Shown here: positions 14,158 through 28,027 of the stretch, one piece after another
How positions within the stretch are numbered: position 1 is the first letter of the stretch
How the letters are laid out: the number at the start of each line of letters is the position of its first letter
Assembly: GCF_001194135.2 (NCBI RefSeq)
Contig: NC_068983.1
Location: 81,160,802-81,224,801 of the forward strand
Direction: 5' to 3'
Length of the DNA stretch: 64,000 nt
Source of the DNA: Octopus bimaculoides
Lineage: Eukaryota
Notes under the pieces: generated by a model
Told to the model about the DNA's origin: nothing
The model's database searches: none
Seen by the model: the letters and a program-made list of their open reading frames with translations, nothing else
Made by a program: the position numbers and the translations under genes

Positions 14158-15469
14158 TTGAATTTATGTTGTACAATAAAAAGATTATAATTAACTCATA
14201 CAACTCCAATTCCTACAGATTCTTTTTATTTACTGCCAGTTTTGTAATGCCAAGTAGACTAACGCTTTTAGCATCTTTTGTAGATAGAAAGAAATCTTTG
14301 GTTACCATTAGAAAAGACCTGTCCCTAAATATCTTATAGCTTTTCTAACTTCAAGCTATTAAAGCTATCACAGATTCCCCCACCCCCACCCCCACTGGTG
14401 TTACATTGCTGAACTGGTAATTGTCTAGTTAGCATTAGACATGGGTTTAGAATTTGTTATAATTGTGCTGAAAAATGAATTATTACATATTTCAAGCTAC
14501 ATATACATGCAAACTACATTGGACGAAACTCAAGTAAAATCTATAATAGGCGTATAAAATTATCCTTATTACAGTGAGCTTGCTTTATTGGTAATGGTGC
14601 TGAAGTATTGACTTTTTTTGAATAATGACAGCAATGTCCTATCTTTCTAAAGAGCAACCTTTCAGATCCTACCAGCAACCATTCTTTGTTTTCATTTACA
14701 GTTTCACCAAAGAGATGATTGCAATTGTAAACAATGACTTCCTTTGGAATCTTGAGTTTTTCTTAGTGACCATCAGTTAAGTTCACCAGAGATTTACTAG
14801 TTATCTTGCAGTACATCAATAGTACTTTGTTTTTGAGAATCTTGCCAAAAGAAGTTTCTGCCATTGACAACTTATCTATTTGATGTTACTTCTAATCACC
14901 TTAACATTCTGTACATAGCTGTCATCTGCATGCTACCGACATACCTAGTGCCATACGCATACAACTAGAAGATAACATGCAACAGATGTGTAGTAATGTA
15001 GGTTTATTCATTAGCAGTTATAGCAGATTCCAAGAAAACAGCCACAAAATTACATTCTACTCATCAACAATACACCTAAAACTATTACACTCTCTACAAA
15101 TGCTAAGAAATTACAATTTTTGATGACTTTTTATAGTTAATATATGTCTATAACATATTCAAGATTGCTTCTAAAAGGCTAGGTTTTTCTTTTTAGGTAT
15201 AAGTTCCAAACCCACCTTCCAGCCAAAAAGCACAAGACCATTTCACATAAGATCTATTGTATAGATATTTGGAACCATTTAGCCACCAGGCACATATACA
15301 TTTTAAATCACACCCCTACATCCCAACCTATAAAAACGTACACTACCCTTCAGGTTAACAAGCTCTCATTAACCAATGAGCCTTACCAACTTACTTAACC
15401 ATCAATGCATAATGTCTTTCTTGTCTCTTCTATTCCTATTCCATTTCTGAATTGTCATATTCTGGATTG

Positions 15470-15650
15470 TCATATTACCTCTTCACATATCTGATGTGTT
15501 TCACATTCCATCTAAACAATTTGACCACTCATTCCTTCCTAGATCTCTAAACATTTGGAACTCTGTCTGTCTTGCTTTCTCTGCTATCATTGACCTATAG
15601 AAATTCAAATTGAACTTCAACTGCACTAGTCTATGCAATCTATAATTTGA
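15470..15650 (+). mobile_element. CR1/Jockey-like LINE 3' fragment
   Basis: Translation FDHSFLPRSLNIWNSV...DL*KFK resembles the ..SFFPR....WNSLP..DL..FK C-terminus. Confidence 0.45.
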
Positions 15651-16084
15651 TGATAACTCATTAACATTGCAAAAACTAAGACCATTCCATCTTAACACTC
15701 AGTTTAGAAATGTTACTAAATATATACCCTCTTCATTAATCTGATGAGTGATAAGAAAGTATGTACAACTTTATGTAAACATAATTTAAGTTTTCGTGAT
15801 CATATTTCTGTTGCTTATAAACATTTAAACTAATTTACAATGTAATCAAAATTTTGAAGGGTATTAGCAAAATAAAATTGCTAATAAACTGGTGTTTGAA
15901 ACAATGAAAATGTTCTCACATAAAGTTACAATGAAAAGTTCAACTTAACAGTATGAATTTCAAGTCTTGTATTTAATTAAATGTGTGTGAATACACACAC
16001 AACCTTATGTGTATATACATACATGTAACATGGTTATAATATGAAATTTTTCAGGGTATTCAATTTTAACTATTTCTCTACAGA

Positions 16085-16325
16085 CTGAAAAAAATGATGA
16101 ATAACCTTAATTGATTTTCAAACCTTATTGGATTCTCATCAGAGGCGTCTACACCATTCTGACAGTCTCCAGAGAAAGAAGCAGCCAAACTGTTTATATA
16201 CTCAACAAATACAGCAGTCAGTCTATGAAGGAGTCCCTAATTTGCATACCGAAAGTGTTTAACACTCTATAAATACCAGCAGCCTGTCAACGGGGATCTT
16301 AGTCCACACAGTATCAAGGTATGAT
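16085..16325 (-). mobile_element. Probable Penelope-like pLTR relic
   Basis: GC-richer island with a TATATAA motif (about 16203-16197, minus strand) roughly 55 nt upstream of the HHR. Confidence 0.45.
16104..16146 (-). ncRNA. Minimal type-I hammerhead ribozyme, intact core
   Basis: Reverse complement reads GCCU-CUGAUGA-GAAUC(CAAUAA)GGUUU-GAAA-AUCAAUUA-AGGU. Helix I is GCCU/AGGU, helix II is 5 bp with G-U pairs, and helix III is AAU(CA)AUU, one transition from the palindrome AAUCGAUU. Predicted UUA cleavage between 16108 and 16107. Confidence 0.65.
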
Positions 16326-17914
16326 ATGATAAATATGTAACATCTGCTTATAGGACAGAAAATTCCTCTAGAATTAGTTAGCTTTCATTATAGAAGCTGA
16401 AAAAAAAAAAGCAAAAAATATTAGGATTAATCTAAGTAGAAGGTACATAAAAAAAACTTGGACAAACCAGCAATAAAGGAATTGAATATCCTGAAAAATT
16501 TCATATATAAAGATGACTGACCAATTTGACTAACAGACAATGAAGTAAAATTATTTAAAATATACCTTAATGCTGCTCATCATAAAAGTAAGGAAAGAAA
16601 CTGTGTGAATTAAAATGAATGATCTTTAGGGACATTATTATTATTAAGGGCAATGGCAATGATGGAATTAAATAAGCTGTGACTGCTGAATACTAATTAG
16701 AAATTTTGGTAAACTGAAAAGCAAGTGATAATTATTCATTTCCCTGAAGATTGACAGAAAGTGTATAGGATGAAAATAAGTGCGTGTTCAAATTTTGTTG
16801 AAACTGGAGCATGATTAGTGAAACAAAACAAATAGTATTCTCATTGATTTGGAACTTATTTTGTTTTCCCTTTTTACAAAGAAAATATTTGAAATTTCTG
16901 TGACTATAGCATGAAAAGTATCCACTGACTGACTATAAAAGACATGGAACTACACTTAAATCGCATAAATTGACAAATTTTACCACATTATATGCAGTGG
17001 GATGAACTTTTGAGAAAAAAAAATCTATACTTAGGTATTTAGTAAATATTGATAGAAAGGACAAAACATAGTAACTATTCATCTATCAACCAATGCTACT
17101 AGTACTATCACTAACATAAACAACTCTGACCATATAATTAATTGGTATATGAATGGTGAAAAGCAAAGTGAATTCTTATCTCTTCTTTATTGATCAAGAG
17201 CCATAAGAAGAGATGGGTTTTTAGTAAGCTAAGGCAAGGAAGATTTAGAATGCTGATAGTATATCAGATAATAGGACCTCACAAATAATATGATGTTAGA
17301 TTTCATTGAATAATGCAATATTAAAGACTAGAACAGCTTATGACAGTAAAGAAACTGGTTAATGATGATCCAAAAGTAAAGACCTATACCAATAGAGAGT
17401 AGAATTTCACATGGAGACATAAAAAGATTGGGGAATAAAATGTTAACAACACTCTATAAGATGGTACCAATGTTAAAACCTTTCAGAAATTCAAGTTCAT
17501 AATACACTTCAATTGGTTTTTAAAAGGGCATTAAGTTTGATCAAAATTATATTTAGAAAATTTAATGAAAGAAAGGCAATAGAAATTCATTTCATTTAAT
17601 GATTCCTATGAAAACTGACATTGTGACAGCAAGATTGAACTGGGTAAAATAGACATTTTCACCAGGAATCTGTCATCAGAATCCAAATCAGAACAAGTTA
17701 GATTAAAAAGACAAAAAGGTTAACATAAACACATTTGAATTTACTTCTCTCTCTCTCTCTCTCTCTCTCTAACCGTTTATTTTTCTTATAATTATACATA
17801 CATACAGACAGACAAGAAAGAAACATAGCTCCATAAAAAAGGATAGAGAGAAGTGGACAAACAACAAAATAGAGTAAAAAATAGTGATTTACAAATAGGA
17901 TGTGTGTGTGTGTA

Positions 17915-17953
<39 letters not shown>

Positions 17954-18819
17954 AGAGAGAGAGAGAGAAATAATTACCTTAAATACAGTACTACTTATAT
18001 CTAAGCAATAAACATTTGAATATATCCCTCACTCTGACGCATGATACATTGACAGCCCCACCTCTCAGTATCATAATGAAAACTGAAGCTAAGATGGAAC
18101 AACATCAATGAATTTCAATCAATAAGAGGCAGAGTTGTCAAAAAGTATATTAGTACTACCAACACCATCACTATTGCCATCATCATCAGCTTCATTTTAA
18201 ACAGCTTTAAATTGAAAATTTTTACAACAGTAGCAATTGTTTATATTCACCTCCCCCATACAAATCTCTTGTTAAAAGGATATCGCACAAAACTTTTCAA
18301 ATAATCTAAACAAAAGAAAAAATAATTAAATAGATAAATAAATAAAACAAGAATCTGCATACACCCAGACATGCATACATACAAAGAAAGGTAAAAAAAA
18401 AAAGAANNNNNNNNNNNNNNNNNNNNNNNNNNNNNNNNNNNNNNNNNNNNNNNNNNNNNNNNNNNNNNNNNNNNNNNNNNNNNNNNNNNNNNNNNNNNNN
18501 NNNNNNNNNNNAAAAAGAAAGAAAGAAAGAAAGAAAGAAAGAAGAAAAAAAAAATTTAGTGAAAAGTAGTGTGCATACTGAAGTTTCTTCTACTCCTCCC
18601 TCAATGATGCCCACATGTTGTGTAGTGAAGTGATGGCTGCATCAGAGTGCACATAACAATGCACCAGCAACTGCATGAACTAGCACACACCAGGCAGCAT
18701 TCCTGACAGGCTATTTTGCCTGCGGCTGCTGCTGTGACAATATGCAAAGCAGAGGGATGACTGAGTTGATCAAGCAACTTCCTTTTGCCACCAGCAATAT
18801 ATTTTGGTAATCCTTTTAA

Positions 18820-18850
<31 letters not shown>

Positions 18851-21800
18851 GGTGGTGGTGGTGGTAGTAGTAGTATTAGCAGCAATAGTAGTAGTTGTAG
18901 TAGCAGCAGTAATAATAATGTTAGTGATATCTGTAGTAGTTGTAATGGTGAAGTATATTAAGCCTTGCTTATCTTAAAACAACAACTAAAATCGTTTCAG
19001 AAGCTGAGACTGCTAATGCATTGTTAAACTTTGCGTTTTTGCTAATTTAAATAATATTTCATAGAAATTTTCTCCATATGAAAGATGACAATAAAAGAAT
19101 AAAAGAATGGGGCCTGACTTAATACTTATATCACATACAAAAAAACAAAAAGGTAAAAAAATCTGTGAAAAAATAGTCGGCTTAACTAACAGTTAACAAT
19201 AAGCAATTTACACTTGAGAAATGATATGAAATACATTAGAATTAAAATAGTCCTAACCAATTCTCAAAGCAATTGTACCTATTGTGTCTTAAGCAGTAAT
19301 TATTCATATTTAAGAAAGCAAAATTTAAATTCAAAAATTTCCTAAGAATAATCATTAATTTCTTCTTTTTTTTAAAATTATATAATTGAATAAGTAGAAA
19401 ATATAGTAAATTTTTAAAAAACATTGCATACACTGCTTTCTTTCTTTGGTACAAAGCTCCTTTGTATTTCAGGTGGTAGGACAATGTATAGTCAACTAAG
19501 TTGGCTAATGCATATAAGTAGTTTTTACTATATTTATTTCATAGCAGTGATAGTCAAAGCTTATCTAACAGGATCTAAATTCATAAAATGACACCCTTAA
19601 GTACACATCAGTCCCATATTCACAAGAGACAAAAGCTAGGTAGGATTCCACCATAAGATTGAGGGGGTTAGGTTTAGACTTGATATTTCTCAGTTAATTA
19701 ATTAGTAGATTTAAATGATATACACATAAAGATATAGGTCACAAGCTAAGCATTACTGAATAATCTGGTCTAGTATGTTACCTTCTAAGGCTATTATGTG
19801 GTTGTAAGTTTTGACATTAACTACTTAAACATGCAAGACTAACAATTATCCAGAAGTACCATTGTTTTTCATTACCACTGCTCTAACCACAACTAAAATC
19901 TTCAGACTATATCGTCAAATAGATACAACATACTGACAGCCATAATGCATCTCACATTGTTTGTCATTGCATATCAATGTACATAAAGAATCTAGGGCAG
20001 AATGAAGTAAAGAATATCAGCATTGATAAATTTGAGTTACTCCTGGACCTTGGTTATCTCCATGCTATAAGTCTTTTCAAGAAAATCTGACTGTAAATAC
20101 TCAACAACAATGTTATATTTTTAAAATGTTCACAGTTGTCATTTCTCAATGCCCCAGACTTCCGTAAAAGTGTTTGCAGAAATACTATTTTAAAACAGAC
20201 ATTTTTTGCTAAGTTCTTCCATCTTGTTCAAGTTGTTGTTTAATCCTAGATCAATCTCAATTAAGCAGGCCTATGACCAAAGTCATTCTAGTCATGACTA
20301 TAACTTTTCTTCAGATTTAGAGTATCAAAACTTATTTTAAGACAGTAGGGGATGATTTGAAGGAGTTTTGATTTTTATTTCCAGTAAGTTGAGAAACCAC
20401 TTAGAGGCTACTTTTAAATTGTTTTGATTCGTGCTAATCAACAGTGTTTCTTAATCCTTAGTTGCTTGATATGGACTCTATATTTGTGTACACTGTGCTT
20501 TGACTAAGTTGCTGACACCAGATATTAGATATTGTAAGAGTAGAAGGTTTTAACACTCCTCACTAGCTCATCATTTATGTAATACAAATATCAACTATAA
20601 TCAGACAAAGTAATAAAGATTATATAAAATTTAGTACAGCTGTAGATAACTTATTATCTAGAGCAGTTCCAAATCTTACATAATCTATGTATATCTTGGA
20701 GCTGATTACAACTGAATAATTCAATCCTTTAAATTTAGGGCCTTGTGCCTAAATGAGAAATTATTATTATTATGTGTGATAGGTAACAGAATTGGTGTTG
20801 GTGTAACACTTGATGCAATACCTCAGTTATATTTCTTTACATTATAAGTTCAAATCACAGTGGAGTTGGATTTGAATAATTTTTTTCCAAGGGTGATATG
20901 ATATCAGTCAAGTTTTGTAGTTGACTGGATTCACTATACACTTCCCCAACAAACTTGAAGCTATGTATGATTGTGAGAAATCCTCTTCATTGTTGTTTTA
21001 AGTAGTATAGAAATAGTTGGGTAACTGACTTAGCAAGATTAAGAGATAATTGGGATAAATACTTTGTAGCATCTAGTTTGGTATTCAGATCTTGCTGAGG
21101 TCTTTGTATTTCATCTCATCATAGTTATAAAATATATATTAGTAATATACCTGGGTGAGTTAATTGATTATGCTTCATCTTCTTATGTTAATCATTTGGT
21201 GCCTCTCTCATCCCTTTCCATCCCATCACTAGTCAACAAACCCTTCAAACTCACCAGTCTCTTCCACAAGCTAGTGACAACACATCTTCTTTGAATAGAA
21301 AAAAGAGAGTTTTATGCCAAAACAAGAGAAACCATAAGAGCTTCATCAAGCAAAATCTGTGACCAGGATTAGATTCCTACATGGAATCTCTGCAAAAGCT
21401 TATACTTCAGATTCATTTAACAAATTATTGGGTTTACTTTATAGAATAAAGCATAAATGATATTACAGTAAGATCAATATTAGCCAGAAACAAGAAAGAA
21501 AAAATATACAGTTTTAAAATATGCTGGATTTCAAGAAATAATAATTTTTGATTTATTTTCTTGCTTTCTCTTTTATCTTTGTAATTTTTGAATAAGAAAC
21601 TAATCTAAAAAAGAAAGCATATGGCTAAAAGATAAAGGAAACCTTTTCCAGTAATCCTTCAAAACAATGTCTTAACCAATGCTACTCTCTTTTACATCTA
21701 TTGTTCAAAAGAGACCTTAACCTTGACCAAAACAAACCATGACAGTTCTACATTTCTATGGCATCATTAGCTTGCAAGAAACCATTTGCCTAAATAAAAT

Positions 21801-22192
21801 CAAGCAACAAAAACAGAAGAAATTGTTTTATGAGTAGGAAGGTTGGTGAGGTAGTGGGGTATGAAATTTATGGAACCACATTCAATACATGTTTGCCAAT
21901 TAATATGATCTTGATATTAAAATTACAATAAGAAGAACAAACAATAAAAAACAAAAACAAACTAACTGAATATCAAAGAAGATAAAACCATTATATATGG
22001 AAATAATCTAGGTAATATTTAAGATATTGGTGGCAGTGGAGGTGATTGTGGCTGTGATTATATTTTATTGCTGATGTTGATTATGGGTTGGTGCTGGTGA
22101 AAATGTTATTGTTGGTACTGGTGATAAGAGAGGTGTTGTTGTCATTGCTGTTACTGTTTATGATATGATGCTACTGGGGATTCTACTGTGTA

Positions 22193-22233
<41 letters not shown>

Positions 22234-22394
22234 CATAGAGTAAGAGAGGGAGAAAAAGGTAGACAGAGACAAAATGGAAAAGAAATACCTATACAAACAT
22301 CTGTCATTGAAAGGAATACCACCCCTATTATCTATGAGTGATCCCACCCATACAAAAGAAACGTTAATCACAAGGGTGGGCGTTATGCAATTTT

Positions 22395-22790
22395 TAATCA
22401 ATATATCCCAGCCGATAGATGCCACTGCTGTAACTGCCACTGCTTTTATCACAAAAACACCACCAGTTTCTATAATCACCAGCATCATCATCATCATCAT
22501 CAACATCACAAGCCACACTAACACTGCCACCATCAGTTTCAACACAAACCAGGAATATCATGACCACTACCCACCCACCCAACCACCACAACTATCACCA
22601 CCACCAGTACTAATATCAGCAGGAATAAAAACACTTGCAATATCATCATCAGCAGCAATATTTCCAACCACTGCAACAGCACCAACAATAACACTAAGAG
22701 CAGCAGCAGCAGCTGTAGAGACACAAGCAATGCCAACATCAGCAGCTACTAACTACAAGAGTGTAAACATGGCAGTGCTTCAGCATAATG
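22395..22790. repeat. Degenerate trinucleotide (CAT/CAC/CAG/CAA) low-complexity tract
   Basis: Explains the T/I/A-rich 175-aa ORF at 22274-22801. Confidence 0.8.
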
Positions 22791-22924
22791 TTGTCTATTA
22801 AACAATCAGTTACTACTGCAGAAATGCTGTTGCTTTTTTGCAGTAGTAGATGCATGTGCAGCAGCAACCATGGGCCCTTACTGCTTGCATTTTTTAAACT
22901 TTAATAAAAACAACAATAACTAGA

Positions 22925-23452
22925 ATTTCTAATTCAGTCACAAGGATTAATTTTAAGGGGAGGGTGTCAGTTGGTTACATCAACCTCAGTACTTGACTGT
23001 ACTTCAAACACAGGATATAAAGAACCAGAAGAATTATTAGTTTCAAATTTTGGTACAAGGGCTATAATTCCGGGGTTGGGGTGAAACCAATTATATCGAT
23101 CCTAGTGTTCAAATTGTACTTATTTTATCGACCCTGGAAAGATGAACAGCAAAATTGACCTCGGAAGAATTTGAACTCAGAACATAGAGATGGATGAAAT
23201 GCCTCTTAGTATTTTTCCCAAAATGCTAACGATTTTGCCAGTTTGCCGCCATAGAGCCAGAAGAAATATTTGTCTGCTGCTCTTACATTTCTGATAGTCC
23301 AGTGTCCTAACAATAACAATTGTTTCAAATGTCAGTACAAGGTCAGCTATTTTTAGGGAGAGGGTGTTTGTCGATACCCCAATACTTGACAGGTATTTCA
23401 TTTCATTGATCCTGGAAGGATGAAAGATAAAGTTGATTCCAGTGGAATAGGA
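22925..23452 (-). mobile_element. Three tandem SINE family B copies or fragments
   Basis: Repeated reverse-complement core at about 22925-23000, 23037-23250 and 23318-23452. Confidence 0.75.
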
Positions 23453-23469
23453 AAACAGAATGTAGTGAG

Positions 23470-23712
23470 TCGGCAGCGAGCTGGCAGAAACGTTAGCATG
23501 CCGGGCGAAATGCTTAGCGGTATTTCGTCTGCCGCTACATTCTGAGTTCAAATTCTGCCGTGGTCGACTTTGCCTTTCTTCCTTTCGGGGTCGATTAAAT
23601 AAGTACCAGTTACGCACTGGGGTCGATGTAATCGACTTAATCCGTTTGTCTGTCCTTGTTTGTCCCTTCTGTGTGTAGCCCCTTGTGGGCAGTAAAGAAA
23701 TAAGAAATAAGA
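23470..23712 (+). mobile_element. tRNA-derived SINE family B, young full-length copy
   Basis: GGCAGCGAGCTGGCAGAAACGTTAGC..GAGTTCAAATTC..GTCGACTTTGCCTTTC.TCCTTTCGGGGTCGAT..AAGTACCAG, with CpGs retained. Confidence 0.9.
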
Positions 23713-24318
23713 ATGTAGTGAGTTGGAAGAAATACTGTTAGGCATTTTGTGCAATGGCTTAACAATTCTACCATCTTGCCACCTAAACAATCACAATGAT
23801 GACTACAGTTATAAAGGTGGCAAAATTCATATGAGTTTACACATTTCTGAAGAGATGCAGATGAGAAATTGCATTAGTTTTCAGCAGTATTTGCCAACTC
23901 ATTACATCATATATTTAATCCTCTTTTTTTTGCTTTCGCTTTATGAATAATTTTTCCTTTATTCAGTTGGCTTTTGGTTATTTTCACTTCACAGTTTGAT
24001 TTCTATCATTTCTTAAATGCATATATTGGAGTGTGCAAATTTGGACTTATATTCTTAGGAGAAAGTTGTAGCTGCAAAACTCAAAAGGACACTGACTGTT
24101 GGATAAGTGAGCAGATGGCTTCTATCTTGTCAATTTGTTATATCAATGTGTGAATTAACATTGAAGAGATGAAACTCACTGTAATTGTTGTTTAGGACAA
24201 AGTTAGATCTCATCAAGTTGCTCAAAAGCATTTAAGCCATGACCATCCTGTCTTTCTGTACATTTAGGAATACATTGTTCAATGTGTCTATTTTTAAGAT
24301 GGTAAGTGTAATTAGAGC

Positions 24319-24946
24319 AATGGTTCTTAACCATTTTTACTTATGGAGCCTTATTTTACTTGGAGGGGCCCTCATAGCTATTTGATGTTTAAAAATCCTG
24401 TTGTGGTTTTATAATTAAATATTATTAAGAATTCTTTACTCTTTTACTCGTTTCAGTCATTTGACTGCGGCCATGCTGGAGCACCGCCTTTAGTCAAGCA
24501 AATCGACCCCAGGACTTATTCTTTGGAAGCCTAGTACTTATTCTATCGGTCTCTAANNNNNNNNNNCCCAGGACTTATTCTTTGGAAGCCTAGTACTTAT
24601 TCTATCGGTCTCTAAGTTACGGGGATGTAAACACACCACCATCGGTTGTCAAGCGATGTTGATGGGACAAACACAGACACACAAACATATATATATACGT
24701 CTACCAAATCCACTCACAAGGCTTTGGTCGGCCTGAGGCTATAGTAGAAGACACTTGCCCAAGGTGCCACGCAGAGGGAATGAACCCAGAACCATGTGGT
24801 TGGTAAGCAAGCTACTTACCACACAGCCACTCAAAAAATTTAAATATTTTGTATATTGTAGAAGTACAACCCATTTATTGCACATAAATTTTAACAGCAA
24901 ACTCTTATGTGGATCCCAAGAGTCATATAGACCCCATTTGAGAACA
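24319..24946. mobile_element. hAT-like MITE, copy 1, interrupted by a SINE
   Basis: Starts CAATGGTTCTTAACC and ends ..TTTGAGAACATT. Its halves align by eye with 31848-31964 and 33036-33165. Confidence 0.55.
24435..24832 (-). mobile_element. tRNA-derived SINE family A, near full length
   Basis: Head GAGTGGCTGTGTGGTAAGTAGCTTGCTTACCAACCACATGGTTC..GGGTTCA, body CCTTGGGCAAGTGTCTTCTACTATAGCC, tail GCATGGCCGCAGTCAAATGACTGAAAC. Confidence 0.9.
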
Positions 24947-25241
24947 TTTAAATTAGAGGATGATTTGGCTGTTATTTTTAGCAAGTAAACCAAATGTATT
25001 AACTTGAGTTCACTTCTGTTGACATAGGCATTGTAAAACTATTGAGTGTTATGTGTTTTTTAAATTTGTGCTTGTCAGTTGAAATTCTCCCATAAGTCTA
25101 CAGAAGGTAAATAGGAAATTAGCTACTGTGTTGTGCGCTAGAAAACTGCAGATAAGCTGAGTAAGTACAATAGTGGCAGGATGCAAAATTTATAGCTGAG
25201 CATTTTAACTTTGCAACCACAATGTTGCCATACTCAAAAAT

Positions 25242-25272
<31 letters not shown>

Positions 25273-26446
25273 TTCTCTCTCACACATACACACACACACA
25301 TTCTCTCTCTCTCTTTTTAATTAAAGAAACACTATTTTTCTCATTTTCATATTTTCAAAAATCTTTCATGTAAATTTTCATTTTAATATTTTAATTTAAA
25401 AAAAAATTATTTATTCATCTATTTATTATTATCATATTTTTTTTTGTTTGTTTTGATTTTCAGATATGGCAACTGAACTGTTTTCAGCTCCTTTCTATTG
25501 TTATAACCTCTGCTACAACAAAATTAGACCATATATCAACACAAACATTTCATTAGTAAAACAAAATATTATTAATGTACAGAGGCCATAGTAGATATCA
25601 TATTTTATATTTTAATCTGTTTTAATTGTTATTTTGATATGCCTCACCTCTCCTTCTAGCCAAAAGTCAAACTTAAAAATTACAATAACAATAACAAACA
25701 AGTAAAAAAAAGAAAAGAATTTGAACTTTCTGTGATCATAGACATGTAAGTGAATAATGATGGTGATGATGGTGGTGGTGGTGGTGGTGTAGAAACAAAC
25801 TAGTTCAATTGATAGATAAACAAATATAGTATTCATTAAGGCCAAAAAAGAGATGGGGAAAAAAAATTTTTTAAAAGGAAAAAAAAAAAAAAATACAAAA
25901 GCAAAATCCAGTGGAATAAATGGTGGAAATTGTAACCTTAGAGTAAATTTTAAATAAAATTTGGGAAGATTTAAAACACTAAAATACTAAGAATCAAACA
26001 GAATTAGAGGGAAAAAATAACCCATCCCTAAGTCATTGATTTTTAGAACACAAATAAATGAACATAAACAAGAGCAACAAAGATCACATACAGCCAGTAC
26101 ACTTTCAATCAAAACCACTCTGTGAAATAGCAAAACATGCAAGTGGGGACACACACCCTTCCATCAAACTAAACAGTTTAAGGAGTCACAGTTGTAGCAT
26201 CTACAAGGAAAGATGCAAATAAAAAGAGAGTGCACCTGGGATGAAGCAAGAGGTTAAAAGTGTGAACTGATAAGAAAATATCTATAAAAGATAACAGTAA
26301 AATTTACCACAAGGCACGAGGTGGAAGAGAAAAATAAAATCTATGGTACATATAGACAAAAAAAAAGTAAGAACATAAAAACAAACCCATCAGATGTAAG
26401 GAAAATAAAAATAATAATAATGAAAATAATGATGATAATAATAATC

Positions 26447-26510
<64 letters not shown>

Positions 26511-27029
26511 TGATGATGAAGGCATAAAATAAGATCAAATGAAAAAAAGACCCCAAAATATGGAAAAGAAAGATGAGAAAAAATATTTACAAGCATAAAG
26601 TAAAACAAATCTAGAGAAATGTATTTCTTTAATAACTGTGTTTTACACCCCTACACCCACAAATGGTCTATTTTTATCTGTGTAAGAATACCTTCAGCCA
26701 ACCAATACGTGTATGTGAGTNNNNNNNNNNNNNNNNNNNNNNNNNNNNNNNNNNNNNNNNNNNNNNNNNNNNNNNNNNNNNNNNNNNNNNNNNNNNNNTG
26801 GGGTTACTCTAACATAGATAAACATGAACAGATGGAAATGAATATATGTATAATTATCTATGTATATATGAGCATAAATTATATCACACACACACACACA
26901 CACATATATATATCTAATGTATATAAATAAAATATATATATAGCAACTGTATTGTGCAAGGCCTATTTTTACCATTTAAGAACACACAAAATCTATCGTA
27001 CTGTCTTTCTACTTGTTTCTGGTGTAAAC

Positions 27030-27790
27030 ATTTTCATCACACATCTGCAACATGGTCACTGACACAGTTCTGCTGCAATTGTTGAATTACTGGTTAGTTT
27101 TTATAGGCCTTAGGTTTATTTAAAATTTTTAGCTTTTCATTTGTTTATTTTCTTTTTTTGTCCTAGTATCTTCAGACATGGGCCTGCTATAAGGTTTGAC
27201 ATGGGCTATTGTTGAATTTTGTCAGCTTTTTTTTATCTTTACTTAATGCTTGGTAAGTCTGTTTTTAACTTCAGTATAAGCCTCTGATTTTGGATTCTCT
27301 CAGGCAGTCAGTTCTTTGTCTCTATTTCATATATATATTGTAATAAATATGTTTTCTTCTCAAAATTCTTATGTCTGTATGCACTTTCACACAGATGGCT
27401 ACCTCCACACATACCTCTAAACAACTTTCTAGAGCTATGATTTATTTCTGTTATGCTTTTTATAGTCCAATTTCAGTTCATTAATAATTGTTCCATTGGG
27501 TTAATTGCTTTCTCTAATGAATGTTGTTGCATATATTCATTTTATTTTGACCAATGAACAAAGTGGTCGAAGGTTTGTTTCTATCATTGTAGACTGATGA
27601 AGATAGTTGGTCAAGCATACTGGGAAACAACTTTTCTACCCTGTCATTATTATTTTAATATAGCTTTCAAGTTTACTTGCATAAGATAGTTATGTCTGTA
27701 ATATGGTGTTATTTCACGTATTTTGACCTTGCAACATTACATTTACAGGGCAGTCTTCCAGATAAAGAATGTTGATTTTTGAGAAAACCA
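27030..27790. mobile_element. Possible degraded Penelope-like element relic
   Basis: Minus-strand stop-ridden translation gives LEDCPVNV..NTILQ and AHVKPYSR, weakly reminiscent of the PLE GIY-YIG region. It also contains the HHR-like motif, which is on the opposite strand. Confidence 0.3.
27589..27639 (+). ncRNA. Decayed hammerhead-like motif
   Basis: GUAGA-CUGAUGA...GAAA-CAACUUU-UCUAC. The core and helix I (GUAGA/UCUAC) are present; helices II and III are only partly paired. Confidence 0.35.
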
Positions 27791-27813
27791 AGTAGAAGTT
27801 GTAAAAGATATTC

Positions 27814-28027
27814 TTTTCTACTCTAGGCACAAGGTCCAAAATTTTTGGGGAGGGGGGGCAGTCAATTAGATCGACCCCAGTATGCAACTGGTATTTAATT
27901 TATTGACCTCAAAAGGATGAAAGGCAAAGTTGACCTTGGTGGAATTTGAACTCAGAACGTAAAGACAGACTAAATACCGCTAAGCATTTTGCTTGGCATG
28001 TTAATGTTTCTGCCAGCTCACCGCCTT
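27814..28027 (-). mobile_element. SINE family B with a 15-bp TSD
   Basis: TTGTAAAAGATATTC at 27799-27813 and 28028-28042. Confidence 0.9.

Noticed and set aside
22274-22801. 175-aa T/I/A-rich ORF
   Set aside because: Translation of degenerate trinucleotide repeats, with no splice signals or domain.
24508-24615. Direct repeat flanking a 10-N gap (also 32304-32374)
   Set aside because: Identical sequence on both sides of a short gap is a typical unmerged contig-overlap artefact.
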